Of a stretch of DNA of 64,000 bases, positions 19,401 through 28,933 are shown piece by piece. The notes beneath the pieces were generated by a model. It made no database searches and was not told the DNA's origin. It worked only from the letters and a program-made list of their open reading frames with translations. The DNA is from Patescibacteria group bacterium. GTDB lineage: Bacteria > Patescibacteriota > Patescibacteriia > UBA1558 > UBA10009. Positions within the stretch are counted from its first letter, which is position 1. Every line of letters starts with the position of its first letter. The stretch is from assembly GCA_018818425.1 (NCBI GenBank), contig JAHISB010000018.1:16390-80389 (forward strand), read 5' to 3'. The position numbers and the translations under genes are program-made.

Positions 19401-19843
19401 AAACAACCGTCGGCATTATCTATATGCTTAAGCTAAATCATCTGGTAGAGGATAAAATCCACCAGCGCTCTATCGGCCCTTACTCGCTGGTGACGCAGCA
19501 GCCCTTGGGCGGCAAGGCCCAGGGCGGCGGCCAGCGTTTTGGTGAAATGGAGGTTTGGGCACTAGAAGCTTTTGGCGCCGCCTACACTCTGCAGGAAATT
19601 TTAACTATTAAATCCGATGATGTATCCGGCCGCTCTAAAGCTTATGAGTCTATAATTAAAGGCGAGCCGGTCACTAAACTAAATATTCCCGAATCTTTTA
19701 ATGTCTTAGTTAGGGAGCTTAAGGGTTTAGGCTTAGATGTCGAACTTTTAAAGAACGGTAAAAACATGTCTCAAATTAAACCCAAAAGAAGCGAGGACGA
19801 TCCCCGAGAAATAGAGTTTAGCTCAAAAAAAGAATCTAAATAA
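16442..19843 (+). CDS. rpoB: DNA-directed RNA polymerase subunit beta
   Basis: 1133 aa with canonical RpoB blocks ([28 protein letters not shown]). Confidence 0.97.
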   Translation: MPQPASERKYFTKSKIATPLPNLIEIQKNSYQWFIDNGLKELFDEVSPIKDFIGRNLELYFEDYYLDEPKFDEVTAKSKNITFEAPLRVKGKLVNERTGEIKEQEVYLGDLPLMTERGTFIINGVERVVVSQLIRSAGAFFTSENVRGKKFYGAKIIPNRGAWLELETDSNHVIYVKIDRKRKIPITALLRAFGLPTPEIIKAFQEVETAPDINYTNNTIKKDVSSNEEEALIEVYKRIRPGDLATPDNAKSLIYSMFFNFDRYDFGTVGRYKLNKKFGEDLPITKDNRILRVEDLIKVVKEIIRLNNTQEDADDIDHLGNRRVRAIGELVQNKFRIGLARMERIVKDRMSTLDINNLTPNQLINARPVIGSIKEFFMSSQLSQFMDQTNPLAELEHKRRLSAMGPGGLSRERAGFEVRDVHRTHYGRICPIATPEGPNIGLVGHLAAYAKINEYGFIETPFRKIIHNPKNNPSKTTDKIARKDIKHPQTQETIVKEGEIISAGLAKKLAALAELETIPVKPQVTNEIEYLDAFTEERYNTASATTPLDENGYFINNYAEMRIKGKPSFAPVHKIDYLDVAPNQIISVATSLIPFLEHDDAVRALMGTNMQRQAVSVIRPEAPVVGTGVEYRAAKDSGQVIVAKDDGLVTEVQSNRIIITTSNEEQIYNLGKFVRSNASTCMNQHPLVDKNEKVKKGQVIADGGATDNGELALGRNVLVSFMAWEGGNYEDAILISERVVQNDLYTSIHIENYSIDIRDTKLGPEVITRDIPNVSEEKLKDLDEEGIVRIGAQVTASDILVGKITPKGETELSAEEKLLRAIFGEKAKDVRDSSLYLEHGEHGKVIDIKIFSREQGDKLSAGVIKTIQITVAQLRKVQPGDKLAGRHGNKGVISRIVPVENMPFLADGTPVDIILNPLGVISRMNLGQLLETHLGFAVQKLGYKVASPALDGVPIEKIKEELQKANLPVDGKIQLYDGRTGEPFNKKTTVGIIYMLKLNHLVEDKIHQRSIGPYSLVTQQPLGGKAQGGGQRFGEMEVWALEAFGAAYTLQEILTIKSDDVSGRSKAYESIIKGEPVTKLNIPESFNVLVRELKGLGLDVELLKNGKNMSQIKPKRSEDDPREIEFSSKKESK

Positions 19844-19904
19844 AAATAATTAAATAGCTTAACTACTCACTACATACTACATACTACATACTACTCACTA
19901 AAAT

Positions 19905-22900
19905 ATGCCAACTCCTTCATCAACTAAAACAACTTTTATTGCCGAGGGCGCTGCCCAGCTTCAGGATTTTGATGCTATTAGGTTAAAGCTGGCTTCGCCG
20001 GAAAAAATCCATAACTGGTCTTATGGCGAAGTTTTAAAACCAGAAACCATTAATTATCGCACCCAAAAACCGGAAAAAGACGGGCTATTCTGCGAAAAAA
20101 TCTTCGGCCCCTCTAAGGACTGGGAATGCTATTGCGGTAAATATAAAAGAATCCGCTACAAGGGCATTATCTGCGATAAATGCGGGGTGGAAGTTACCCG
20201 TTCCATAGTCAGAAGAGAAAGAATGGGCCATATCGATCTGGCCGCGCCGGTTTCTCATATCTGGTTTTTAAGGGGCATCCCTTCTAAAATCGGCTTGGTT
20301 TTGAATCTTTCTATTCAGGAAATAGAAAAGGTTATTTATTTTGCCTCCTTTATTATTACCGAAGTTGATGAAGAGTTAAAAAAGCAAACTTACGATCAGA
20401 TTCAGGGCGAGCTAAAAAGTAAAAAGAAAGCTATTGAAAAAGAGTTTGTTCAAAAACTTAATCAGCTTAACGGCCAAAGAGAGAAAATTTCGGCCAGTCA
20501 ATTCCCTAAAGAAATGGAGCTACTGGAAAAAACTAAAGAGGAAAAAAATAAAACTTTAGAAGAAGCTTTTGATCAGGCCAAAAAAGAGCTTAAAGATTTA
20601 AAGCCCCTAAAAATAATTTCGGAAAACGAATACTATAATCTGTCCCGCCGCTACGGCCATCTTTTTGAAGCCGGCATTGGCGCCGAGGCGATTAGAAAGC
20701 TTTTGACTAAAGTTGATTTAGAAAAATTGGCTCAAGGATTAGACGGACAAACAGCCATAGCCATCCCTTCTAAAAAGAAAAAGCTGTCGCGGCAAACCAG
20801 ACTGATCAAAAGCCTGCTCAAAAATAAAATCAGGCCGGAATGGATGATTCTGACTGCCGTGCCGGTTATTCCTCCTGATCTGCGGCCAATGGTCCAGCTG
20901 GACGGCGGGCGCTTTGCCACCTCCGATTTAAACGATCTTTACCGTAGAATCATTAACCGAAATAACCGCCTTAAAAAATTAAAGGAGCTTAACGCACCGG
21001 AAGTTATCCAGCGCAACGAAAAAAGGATGCTCCAAGAAGCGGTTGATGCCTTAATCGATAATGGCGCCCGTCACGGCAAAACCGTAACGGCCTCTACCGG
21101 CCAAAAAAGAATGCTTAAAAGCATTGCCGATATCCTTAAAGGCAAGCAGGGCCGCTTTAGACAAAATTTATTAGGCAAAAGAATCGACTACTCCGGCCGC
21201 AGTGTTATTGTTATCGGCCCTAAGCTGGAAATGAGCCAGTGCGGCCTGCCTAAAACCATGGCTTTAGAGCTCTTTAGGCCTTTTGTAATTTCTAAATTAA
21301 TTCAAAGGGAGATTGTTCATAATGTCAGAAGCGCTAACCGCTATATTGAACAGGATCATCCGGAAATTTGGGATATTTTAGAAGAAGTTACTAAAAAAAG
21401 CCACGTCCTTTTAAACCGCGCTCCCACCCTGCATCGCCTGGGCATTCAGGCCTTTCAGCCGGTTTTAATCGAAGGCAAGGCCATCCAGGTCCATCCCATG
21501 GTCTGCAAGGCGTTTAATGCCGATTTCGACGGCGACCAGATGGCTGTGCATGTGCCCATTACCGAAGAGGCTAAAAAGGAAGCGGCCGAAATAATGCTGT
21601 CGGTTAATAATCTTTTAAAGCCGGCAACCGGCGAACCGGTAACCACGCCGGACCAGGATATTGTCTGGGGCTGTTACTATTTAACTTTTATTAATCCCAA
21701 GCAGGACCAGCCCGTTAAATATCTTTCTTCAGTAGAGGAAGGCAAAATAGCCCAGAGCCTTAAAAAAATCAGACTGCACGACCGGATAGCTTTAAAAATA
21801 AAGGGCAATTTAACCGAAACCACCGTTGGCCGCTTAATTTTTAACGAAATCATTCCGCCGGAAATTGGCTTTATCAACGAAGAGATGAACGCCAAAACTT
21901 TAAAAAAATTAGTGGCCGACATTCTTAACAGCTGCGGCCGCAAAGCCACCACTAAATTTTTGGATCAAATCAAAAAACTGGGCTACGAAACCATTACCTA
22001 CTCCGGCCTTTCCTGGGGCATCGACGACATACCTTCCGTTAAAGAAAAGGGTCAGTTGATAAAAGAAGGCGAAAAGAAAATCGAACAGATTCAGGAACAG
22101 TACGAGCAGGGATTATTAACTAACAAGGAGCGCTACGTTAAAGTAGTGGAAACCTGGAACGAGATCAAGGATAGAATTTATAAAATCAGCCAGGAATCTT
22201 TTGATACCTCCAGCTCGCTTTATTCGATTATTAATTCCGGAGCCAGGGGTTCCTGGGCGCAGATGATTCAAATTATGGGCATGAAGGGCCTAGTTATCAA
22301 TCCCGCCGGTGAAATTATGGAACTGCCGGTTAAAGCTAATTTCCAGGAAGGCTTGGATGTTTTAGAATATTTTATTTCTACCCACGGCACCAGAAAAGGG
22401 CTGTCCGATACCGCCCTAAGAACTGCCAACGCCGGCTACCTGACCAGGCGCTTAGTGGATGTGTCCCAGGATTTAGTAATTATGGAAGAAGACTGCGGGG
22501 ATCAAGAAGGGCTTGTTTTAACCAAAAAAGACAGGGAGGAAATGGGAGAAGATGTCGGCACCCTGATTTTCGGCCGCGTTCTTTTAAAAAACATTGTTGA
22601 TCCTAAAACTAAAAAAACTCTGATCAAGGCCGGCAAGCTGGTTGACCAAAATGATGTTAATAAAATAAAAAATATAGATATCCAGGAAATACATCTCCGC
22701 TCCTTAATTTCCTGCCAATCGACCAGGGGGGTCTGCCAAAAATGCTATGGTTACGATTTAGGCTACAATCAACCGGTTCAGAAAGGGGTGGCCGTGGGCA
22801 TTATAGCGGCTCAAAGCATCGGCGAACCGGGCACCCAGCTGACCATGAGAACTTTTCATACCGGCGGCGTGGCCGGCCAGGATATTACCCAGGGTTTGCC

Positions 22901-23768
22901 AAGAGTCGAAGAAATTTTTGAAGCCCGATCGCCTAAAAAATCGGCGATTCTGGCAGAGGTTGGCGGCCAAGTTATTATCGATAAAGATCAGCCCGGCGGC
23001 TCCAGAACACAGAGAAAAATCCAAATCCGCTATCAGGGCAAGGTTAAAAACAGTATTGCGGTTAATGAAGATTATAATGTTATAGTTAAAGACGGGCAAA
23101 ACGTTGAAAATAAAGATATCCTGATGAAGCACAAAGAGGATAAAAAAAATATTGTGGCTAATTGCGCCGGTTATATACGCCTGGCTGACAATTTGATCCA
23201 GATAATCTCCCCCGAGGAAACCGAGGAAGAAGTCATTATCCCGCCCGGTTATGTTTTATGGGTAAAAGACGGCGATGAAGTTAAAACGGGCGATTCTTTA
23301 ACCGAAGGCAGTCTGGATTTACAGAAACTTTATAAATACCAGGGCAAACAGGCCGTTCAAAAATATATTATTAAAGAAATTCTCTATATTTATTCCTCCC
23401 AGGGCCAGAAATTAAACATTAAACATATCGAATTAATTATCAGGCAGATGTTTTCCAAAATTTATATACAAAATTCAGGCGATACTGACCTGCTTCCCGG
23501 CGAGATTGTCACCAGCGCCCAATTCTCCGAAGAAAATGCCAAAGTTAAAAAAGAAAAAGGCCAGTTAGCTACAGGCACCACTCTTCTTTTGGGCATAACT
23601 AAGTCCTCCCTGGCCACCGACAGCTTTTTATCGGCCGCTTCGTTCCAGGAAACTGCCCGGGTTTTAATTGACGCGGCCATCAACGGCAAAGTAGACACTC
23701 TAAGGGGCCTTAAAGAAAATGTAATTATCGGCCGGCTGATTCCGGCCGGCACCGGCTTTAGAGAATAA
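19905..23768 (+). CDS. rpoC: DNA-directed RNA polymerase subunit beta'
   Basis: 1287 aa with a zinc-binding CxxC..CxxC N-terminus, NADFDGDQMAVH and the trigger loop region. Confidence 0.97.
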   Translation: MPTPSSTKTTFIAEGAAQLQDFDAIRLKLASPEKIHNWSYGEVLKPETINYRTQKPEKDGLFCEKIFGPSKDWECYCGKYKRIRYKGIICDKCGVEVTRSIVRRERMGHIDLAAPVSHIWFLRGIPSKIGLVLNLSIQEIEKVIYFASFIITEVDEELKKQTYDQIQGELKSKKKAIEKEFVQKLNQLNGQREKISASQFPKEMELLEKTKEEKNKTLEEAFDQAKKELKDLKPLKIISENEYYNLSRRYGHLFEAGIGAEAIRKLLTKVDLEKLAQGLDGQTAIAIPSKKKKLSRQTRLIKSLLKNKIRPEWMILTAVPVIPPDLRPMVQLDGGRFATSDLNDLYRRIINRNNRLKKLKELNAPEVIQRNEKRMLQEAVDALIDNGARHGKTVTASTGQKRMLKSIADILKGKQGRFRQNLLGKRIDYSGRSVIVIGPKLEMSQCGLPKTMALELFRPFVISKLIQREIVHNVRSANRYIEQDHPEIWDILEEVTKKSHVLLNRAPTLHRLGIQAFQPVLIEGKAIQVHPMVCKAFNADFDGDQMAVHVPITEEAKKEAAEIMLSVNNLLKPATGEPVTTPDQDIVWGCYYLTFINPKQDQPVKYLSSVEEGKIAQSLKKIRLHDRIALKIKGNLTETTVGRLIFNEIIPPEIGFINEEMNAKTLKKLVADILNSCGRKATTKFLDQIKKLGYETITYSGLSWGIDDIPSVKEKGQLIKEGEKKIEQIQEQYEQGLLTNKERYVKVVETWNEIKDRIYKISQESFDTSSSLYSIINSGARGSWAQMIQIMGMKGLVINPAGEIMELPVKANFQEGLDVLEYFISTHGTRKGLSDTALRTANAGYLTRRLVDVSQDLVIMEEDCGDQEGLVLTKKDREEMGEDVGTLIFGRVLLKNIVDPKTKKTLIKAGKLVDQNDVNKIKNIDIQEIHLRSLISCQSTRGVCQKCYGYDLGYNQPVQKGVAVGIIAAQSIGEPGTQLTMRTFHTGGVAGQDITQGLPRVEEIFEARSPKKSAILAEVGGQVIIDKDQPGGSRTQRKIQIRYQGKVKNSIAVNEDYNVIVKDGQNVENKDILMKHKEDKKNIVANCAGYIRLADNLIQIISPEETEEEVIIPPGYVLWVKDGDEVKTGDSLTEGSLDLQKLYKYQGKQAVQKYIIKEILYIYSSQGQKLNIKHIELIIRQMFSKIYIQNSGDTDLLPGEIVTSAQFSEENAKVKKEKGQLATGTTLLLGITKSSLATDSFLSAASFQETARVLIDAAINGKVDTLRGLKENVIIGRLIPAGTGFRE

Positions 23769-23794
23769 TTATCTCAACTTTTTGAATATCAAAA

Positions 23795-23826
23795 ACTCCC
23801 CGGTTTGATTTGGGGAGTTTTTTGAT
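23795..23826 (+). terminator. rho-independent terminator after rpoC
   Basis: aaactccccggtttgatttggggagtttttt: a 6-bp GC stem followed by a T-run. Confidence 0.6.
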
Positions 23827-23860
23827 TTTCTAGACTATTTGATTATAAGCGCCGTTGTCC

Positions 23861-23995
23861 GCGGATAACGCTGAGACGCGCTGACCATTAGCTGATATCC
23901 GCCGAGGCGCGCTGATACAAAATTTATCAGCGAATATCCGCCCGCTTCGACTCCGAAGCGAGGCGAGCGCGCCTCGGCGTGTCTTGGCGGTTATC
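23861..23995. repeat. 135-bp GC-rich structured repeat, copy A (direct repeat of 25462..25597)
   Basis: gcggataacgctgagacgcgctgaccattagctgatatccgccgaggcgcgctgatac...ggcggttatc. It differs from copy B at only a few positions. Confidence 0.85.
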
Positions 23996-24060
23996 AGCGA
24001 TACACGATATACGATACCCACCTCCGCTAAAGCTACGGCGAGGCAGGCACGATTTGCGAT

Positions 24061-25401
24061 TTATTCCCACATTAAAGCCGCTTGTTCATATAGAGGCAAA
24101 ACTTTCTCCAGTAATATAATTAACGGTTCTTTGCTTAAAGTTAAAGGAGGGTTAGGCCCAAGCGCTTCCCTATCCTCATCAAAAATTTTAGCAATTTCCA
24201 GATATTTTTGAGCTAATTGATAGTTGCCTTTTTCTTGAAAATAATAATACAGCGCCACCGCGCTTGGCGTATCATAATCATAAGTATAACCCCGGGAAAT
24301 GTTAAAATTGTTATCAGAATTTTTTAAATACTCAATAGTCTTTTTGATATTGGCCGGAGCTTCAACCGCATTCTTTTTATTTATAACATAAAGCTCTGCT
24401 TCTATTTTTGGCTGGCCGGTTTTTTCAAACCAGAACATTTGGTGATTATCGCTCCAAGAGCCGATAAATTCTTCGTAGGCTAAAAACCAGGTGTCTTCTA
24501 TTAAATTCGCTCCCAAGAAATCTTTAGGAAATCTTTCGTGGGAAACTTCAGGCGAACCAAGCCAGACCCCTTTATTGTTATAACCTGCCAAGGCAATAAA
24601 ACTGTCGTTCACATGAACAATGGGAATAAGACCGGCATTTAACAATTTTTTGGCAAAAAGAAACTCCTCATCAACATCTTTAAAGTAAATTAAATTTTCA
24701 AACTTAATACCGGGCACCACATTTTCCGGCGGATGGATCGGGCTGGTTGAACCGCGGTAAACTTCGTAGCCCAAATTCTTAAAAGCATAAAAATTATTCA
24801 TGCCCGGGCCGTAGCGTTCGGAACTGTTTCTGCCCGCGGTAAAAAGAATGGGCTGACCATAAAGAACATATTCATAAAGGTCAATCTCCGGCTCCAGATA
24901 ATGGATAATCCCCGAGCCGGTTTGCAGCCAGCAAAAGCCGCCGGTCGTAATTAAATAACTGGGTACCGGATATTTGACTTCGTCCAAAACCTGTTCCGGT
25001 AGTAGAGTTTTAAAGCTGGCAGCCAAATGCGCCTGATCCTTTTGATATTCCAGCTCATACTTAAAAACCCCTTTAGCCGCCAAAAGAGCTAAAGCCAGAA
25101 AAACAATCAAACCCGGAATAACAATATTCTTAAATTTAAGGCCTTTTTCTGCCTGAACTTTTCTGGCTTTGAAAAAAACATCTGCTAACGCATAAAGATA
25201 AATAAAAACCAGAGCGCCTAAAACCAAATAAGAGCGGGGATTATTAAAAACCAAAAAAGTACTGCTTTTGTAAAAAACAACAAACCATAAAAAGGAGATG
25301 GTTATAATAAAAACAGCCGCATTAGAATAACTGCCGATATACAAATGGCCAAGGCCGGGATAGAAAATGGTTAGCAACAGGGCTAGTTTTTTATTCTTCA
25401 T
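24061..25401 (-). CDS. hypothetical membrane-anchored protein (TM2-like N-terminus, large C-terminal domain)
   Basis: 446-aa ORF. N-terminus GLGHLYIG plus 3-4 TM helices. The C-terminal soluble domain is unassigned. Confidence 0.5.
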   Translation of the reverse strand: MKNKKLALLLTIFYPGLGHLYIGSYSNAAVFIITISFLWFVVFYKSSTFLVFNNPRSYLVLGALVFIYLYALADVFFKARKVQAEKGLKFKNIVIPGLIVFLALALLAAKGVFKYELEYQKDQAHLAASFKTLLPEQVLDEVKYPVPSYLITTGGFCWLQTGSGIIHYLEPEIDLYEYVLYGQPILFTAGRNSSERYGPGMNNFYAFKNLGYEVYRGSTSPIHPPENVVPGIKFENLIYFKDVDEEFLFAKKLLNAGLIPIVHVNDSFIALAGYNNKGVWLGSPEVSHERFPKDFLGANLIEDTWFLAYEEFIGSWSDNHQMFWFEKTGQPKIEAELYVINKKNAVEAPANIKKTIEYLKNSDNNFNISRGYTYDYDTPSAVALYYYFQEKGNYQLAQKYLEIAKIFDEDREALGPNPPLTLSKEPLIILLEKVLPLYEQAALMWE

Positions 25402-25461
25402 ACTATAATTTTAGCATCTTTAGGTAAAACATTAAACTCTTTGTCTGAAACGCCGATGCAT

Positions 25462-25597
25462 GCGGATAACGCTGAGACGCGCTGACCATTAGCTGATATC
25501 CGCCGAGACGCGCTGATACAAAATTTATCAGCGAATATCCGCCCGCTTCGACGAGTAAAGCGAGGCGAGCGCGCCTCGGCGTGTCTTGGCGGTTATC
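25462..25597. repeat. 135-bp GC-rich structured repeat, copy B
   Basis: Near-identical to 23861..23995. It lies just upstream of the start of the gene at 24061..25401 on the minus strand. Confidence 0.85.
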
Positions 25598-25762
25598 TGC
25601 AAACTCTGGCAAACTTATGGGCCTCCGAAAACTGTTTGGACAGGATTTCCTAAAAAAAACTTGCCGGATGATGTAAAGGCAAAAGTTAAAACTTCAGCCA
25701 TAAAAACCGCTGGCATCTACGGCCGATAAAAAACCCGCGAATACAGAGTAACAGGTCTTATT

Positions 25763-26776
25763 TTATTTACGGCTACCCCGACCCGCTAACTGCCCGCAAG
25801 CCGCCATAATATCTTGCCCAAAACTATTCCGCTGGGTTACCTTAACTCTATTGTCTTCTAAAACTTTTTTAAAGGCCATAATTTGTTTTTTATCCGAAGC
25901 TTTAAATTTTCCGGTCGGATTATAAGGAATTAAATTAACTACAAACAAATGATTGTTTATAATTTGGCTCAATTGTTTGGCCATAAATAAACTGTCGTTA
26001 ACGCCCTTAATCAGCAAATATTCAAACATCACCTGCCGGCCGGTTCTTTTTATATAATCATTGACTGTTGCCATAACTTTTTCTAAAGAATACTTTTTAT
26101 TTATGGGCATCAGTTTAGACCTAAGCTCATTGGTCGGCGCATTTAAAGAAATAGCCAAATTTATCTGAAGTTTTTCCTTAGCCAATTTTTGAATACCCGG
26201 AATTACGCCGCAAGTGGAAATAGAAAAATGCCTGGCGCCTAAATTAAAACCTTCGGAATCGTTTAAAATTTTTATGGCCCAAATAACGTTATCATAGTTT
26301 AAAAACGGCTCACCCATGCCCATAAAAATAATGTTGGTGATTTTATGGTTAGAAACATTTAAACTTTTTAAGTAACGGGCCATAACCAGCGCCTGATTGA
26401 TTATTTCGTCCGGCTCCAAATCCCGCTTATACCCCATTTGTCCGGTGGCGCAAAACCGGCAACTAATCTGGCAACCGACTTGCGATGAAACGCACAGGCT
26501 GTTCCGCCCGTCTGAATTTTTTAATAAAACTGTTTCTATTTTTTGGCCATCGGCTAAAGTAATTAAAGCTTTAACGGCCTTATTGTTTTTGGAAATAAAG
26601 AATTCCGCTTTAACTTCCAGCGGATAATCTTTGTTTAAACTTTCCCTGAGTTCTAAAGGAAAGTTGATGGCCTTAGACCAGTTATCGATTAAATCTTGGT
26701 AAACTGCTCTTTGGGCTTGTTTTAATCGATACTTAACCTGACCGATAAAATGTTGGTGTAAATTGTGTAAAGGCAT
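25763..26776 (-). CDS. rlmN: 23S rRNA/tRNA adenine C2-methyltransferase RlmN (radical SAM)
   Basis: CRFCATGQMG radical-SAM cluster, plus the C-terminal conserved Cys (MAACGQLA). Confidence 0.85.
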   Translation of the reverse strand: MPLHNLHQHFIGQVKYRLKQAQRAVYQDLIDNWSKAINFPLELRESLNKDYPLEVKAEFFISKNNKAVKALITLADGQKIETVLLKNSDGRNSLCVSSQVGCQISCRFCATGQMGYKRDLEPDEIINQALVMARYLKSLNVSNHKITNIIFMGMGEPFLNYDNVIWAIKILNDSEGFNLGARHFSISTCGVIPGIQKLAKEKLQINLAISLNAPTNELRSKLMPINKKYSLEKVMATVNDYIKRTGRQVMFEYLLIKGVNDSLFMAKQLSQIINNHLFVVNLIPYNPTGKFKASDKKQIMAFKKVLEDNRVKVTQRNSFGQDIMAACGQLAGRGSRK

Positions 26777-26896
26777 ATAAAACTTATTTTTTATTTTCTT
26801 CTGTGAATTTTTTTATATTTACGCCTTAATTCTACCAATTTCAGAGAAATTAAAAAACCCTTTTTACGATTAAACAAAGCACGGGGGGCTTTGGTT

Positions 26897-27409
26897 TTAT
26901 TTTATTTTAGCATAAAGATAATCATCGTAATATTTGCCATTTTTTTCAGCGTGCTTTTTTAACAAACCCTCCTTTTTAAAGCCCGATTTAAATAGGACTT
27001 TTTGCGAGGCCTTGTTAAAAGTAAACACATAAGCAAAAATTCTTTTTAATTTTAATCTATTAAAACCATAATTAACAACTAATCTAACGGCCCGAGTCAT
27101 AATCCCTTGGCCCCAGTATTTTTCCGCCAGCCAATAGCCGATTTCCGCCTGGTGGCCCTCGATTCTGACCAAGCCAATGCCGCCGGCTACTTCGCTGTTA
27201 ATGTCGATAGCCCATTTGAATCCACTTTTACGGTTCCTGGCCTTCATACTTCTTTTAATCCAGCTTCTGGCGCCATTGATAGTGTAGGGGTATTTGATTC
27301 TTAAAGTATTACGATAAATTTTCTTGTTATTAATATTCTTAAACAAAGAAAAAGCGTCCTCTTTTCTAAAAGGCCTTAAAGTAAATTCTTTAGTTTTTAT
27401 TATTGGCAT
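26897..27409 (-). CDS. GNAT family N-acetyltransferase (RimJ/RimL-like)
   Basis: 170 aa. FTLRPFRKEDA at the start and a WGQG acetyl-CoA binding-like segment. Confidence 0.7.
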   Translation of the reverse strand: MPIIKTKEFTLRPFRKEDAFSLFKNINNKKIYRNTLRIKYPYTINGARSWIKRSMKARNRKSGFKWAIDINSEVAGGIGLVRIEGHQAEIGYWLAEKYWGQGIMTRAVRLVVNYGFNRLKLKRIFAYVFTFNKASQKVLFKSGFKKEGLLKKHAEKNGKYYDDYLYAKIK

Positions 27410-27498
27410 ATATTTATTTTAGCAGGTTTTGGGGAAATAAAATCGAGCTCAGGCCAGCTCAGCTTTGCCTATGGCCGGCGCGATTTGCGATCGGTTCT

Positions 27499-27798
27499 TT
27501 AATTAAATACAACTTTTAATTCTTTACCAAAGGCCTTGGCTAATTTATCCAGCATTTCCACAGTAAAATTCTGCTGTCCTGTTTCCATTCTGGCAATATT
27601 ACTCTGCGTAGTGCCGATTTTTTTGGCAACTTCCGACTGGGTCATTCCCATTTTCTTGCGCAACCTAATTAGACTGAGAGAAATCTCTAGCTGTTTGCCG
27701 TAATAATCGAACAACTTTTTATATTCAGGATTTTTTAAGTCCTCCCTTAATATATCATCAAAATCCGTTAGCTTTATTTTTTTTGATTTAGAGATCAT
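27499..27798 (-). CDS. HTH XRE-family antitoxin (HigA-like)
   Basis: MTQSEVAKKIGTTQSNIARMETG helix-turn-helix. Overlaps the upstream toxin gene by 11 nt. Confidence 0.7.
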   Translation of the reverse strand: MISKSKKIKLTDFDDILREDLKNPEYKKLFDYYGKQLEISLSLIRLRKKMGMTQSEVAKKIGTTQSNIARMETGQQNFTVEMLDKLAKAFGKELKVVFN

Positions 27799-28159
27799 AT
27801 TTATGTAGATTGTTCATAAAGTCATAATAATTATTTAAAGCTTTTCTAATTTCTTTCCTTGGCGCCTTTTGGGATTTTTTAAAGAAGGCGTGTAATAAAA
27901 TTATATTTTTATTAATAAAAGAAAAATAAAATACTCTATGCCGGTTTCGCCCAAAATCAACTTTCAACTCTCGAATCTTGCCTGTTATATGCCTTGAAAG
28001 CGGTTCATCTAGATAGCCTTTACTTTCTTTTAAATACTCTAAATATTTTTCTATTTTTAACCTGTCTTTAATATTTATTTTTAATAGATAATCTAAAACC
28101 GGCTCTTTTTCGTTTCGGCTATTCTTATAGAATTTTACCTTATATTCACTATATATCAT
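27788..28159 (-). CDS. RelE/ParE-superfamily toxin of the HigB / phage Gp49-like type
   Basis: 123 aa. KESKGYLDEPLSRHITGKIRELKV...ILLHAFFKKSQKAPRKEI resembles Gp49/HigB. The toxin sits upstream of the antitoxin, as in higBA operons. Confidence 0.55.
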   Translation of the reverse strand: MIYSEYKVKFYKNSRNEKEPVLDYLLKINIKDRLKIEKYLEYLKESKGYLDEPLSRHITGKIRELKVDFGRNRHRVFYFSFINKNIILLHAFFKKSQKAPRKEIRKALNNYYDFMNNLHKYDL

Positions 28160-28320
28160 ATGTGATATGTTGTCAAATTAATAAAATAAAAAAGCCATTC
28201 CCGAGACTGGCTCGGTAAATGACCCTTTAGCCCTAAATCCATAGTGGTTCAGGGTTTAGCTGTATCTTATATAACCTGAAAATAATGTCAAATTAGAAAA
28301 GCCCCCCCCCTGTCTAAGAC

Positions 28321-28395
28321 GCTGATATGCGCGGATATGCGCTGACCATTAGCTGATGCCGACTCGCCTCGCTTCGACTCTGCAAAGCGAGGAGG
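28321..28395. repeat. partial degenerate copy of the 135-bp GC-rich repeat family
   Basis: Shares the 19-mer gcgctgaccattagctgat and the cgcttcgactc..aagcgagg block with the copies at 23861 and 25462. Confidence 0.6.
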
Positions 28396-28401
28396 GTTAT
28401 T

Positions 28402-28818
28402 TTATTTTAGCAAATATTGGACTAAATACTTTTTAATACAGCCGGGCAACAGTTTAAAAGTTGGCAATTCACTAATTTCCAGCCAGATAATGGAAATATG
28501 GCCTTCCTGGCATTTAATTGATTTGGGCTTTTTAGTTTTTAAATCAACTTGGTACAAAAAATTTATTTCGTGATGATAAACATTATTATGAGTAAAGGAA
28601 TTTTCAAAAAATTCAAGGAATTTTAAATTATTAATTTCTGCTCCCAGCTCTTCCCTGATTTCCCTTTTAAGGGCTTGCTTTATTCCCTCGCCCATCTCCA
28701 AATGCCCGCCCGGCAAATAATAAATCGGCGGATGGTCATTAGATTTACAAACTAAAATTTTATCATCATCAATAATAATAGCTCTTAATATTATTTCAAT
28801 GTGATTAGGGCGGGGCAT
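28402..28818 (-). CDS. NUDIX hydrolase
   Basis: Nudix box GGHLEMGEGIKQALKREIREELG. Confidence 0.8.
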   Translation of the reverse strand: MPRPNHIEIILRAIIIDDDKILVCKSNDHPPIYYLPGGHLEMGEGIKQALKREIREELGAEINNLKFLEFFENSFTHNNVYHHEINFLYQVDLKTKKPKSIKCQEGHISIIWLEISELPTFKLLPGCIKKYLVQYLLK

Positions 28819-28933
28819 GGATTTATTATAAATATCTATAAGTTTAAATTTATTTTTTAATCCAATTCATCCATCACTTCCGGGGCATTGGCGGTTGGCG
28901 GGAAGCCAGCGCGCCGCCTGGCAACCGCCCGGG

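Noticed and set aside
19860-19904. (ACTACAT)n repeat in the rpoB-rpoC spacer as a functional element
   Set aside because: Short AT-rich microsatellite in a 60-nt spacer. There is no basis for a function beyond a spacer or RBS context.
24041-24065. Shared 12-13-mer cgcgatttgcgat at the 3' ends of genes 24061..25401 and 27499..27798
   Set aside because: Too short to tell apart from chance. Only two occurrences noticed.
25403-25612. 69-aa minus-strand ORF
   Set aside because: It lies entirely inside copy B of the 135-bp GC-rich repeat. High GC creates an open frame by chance.
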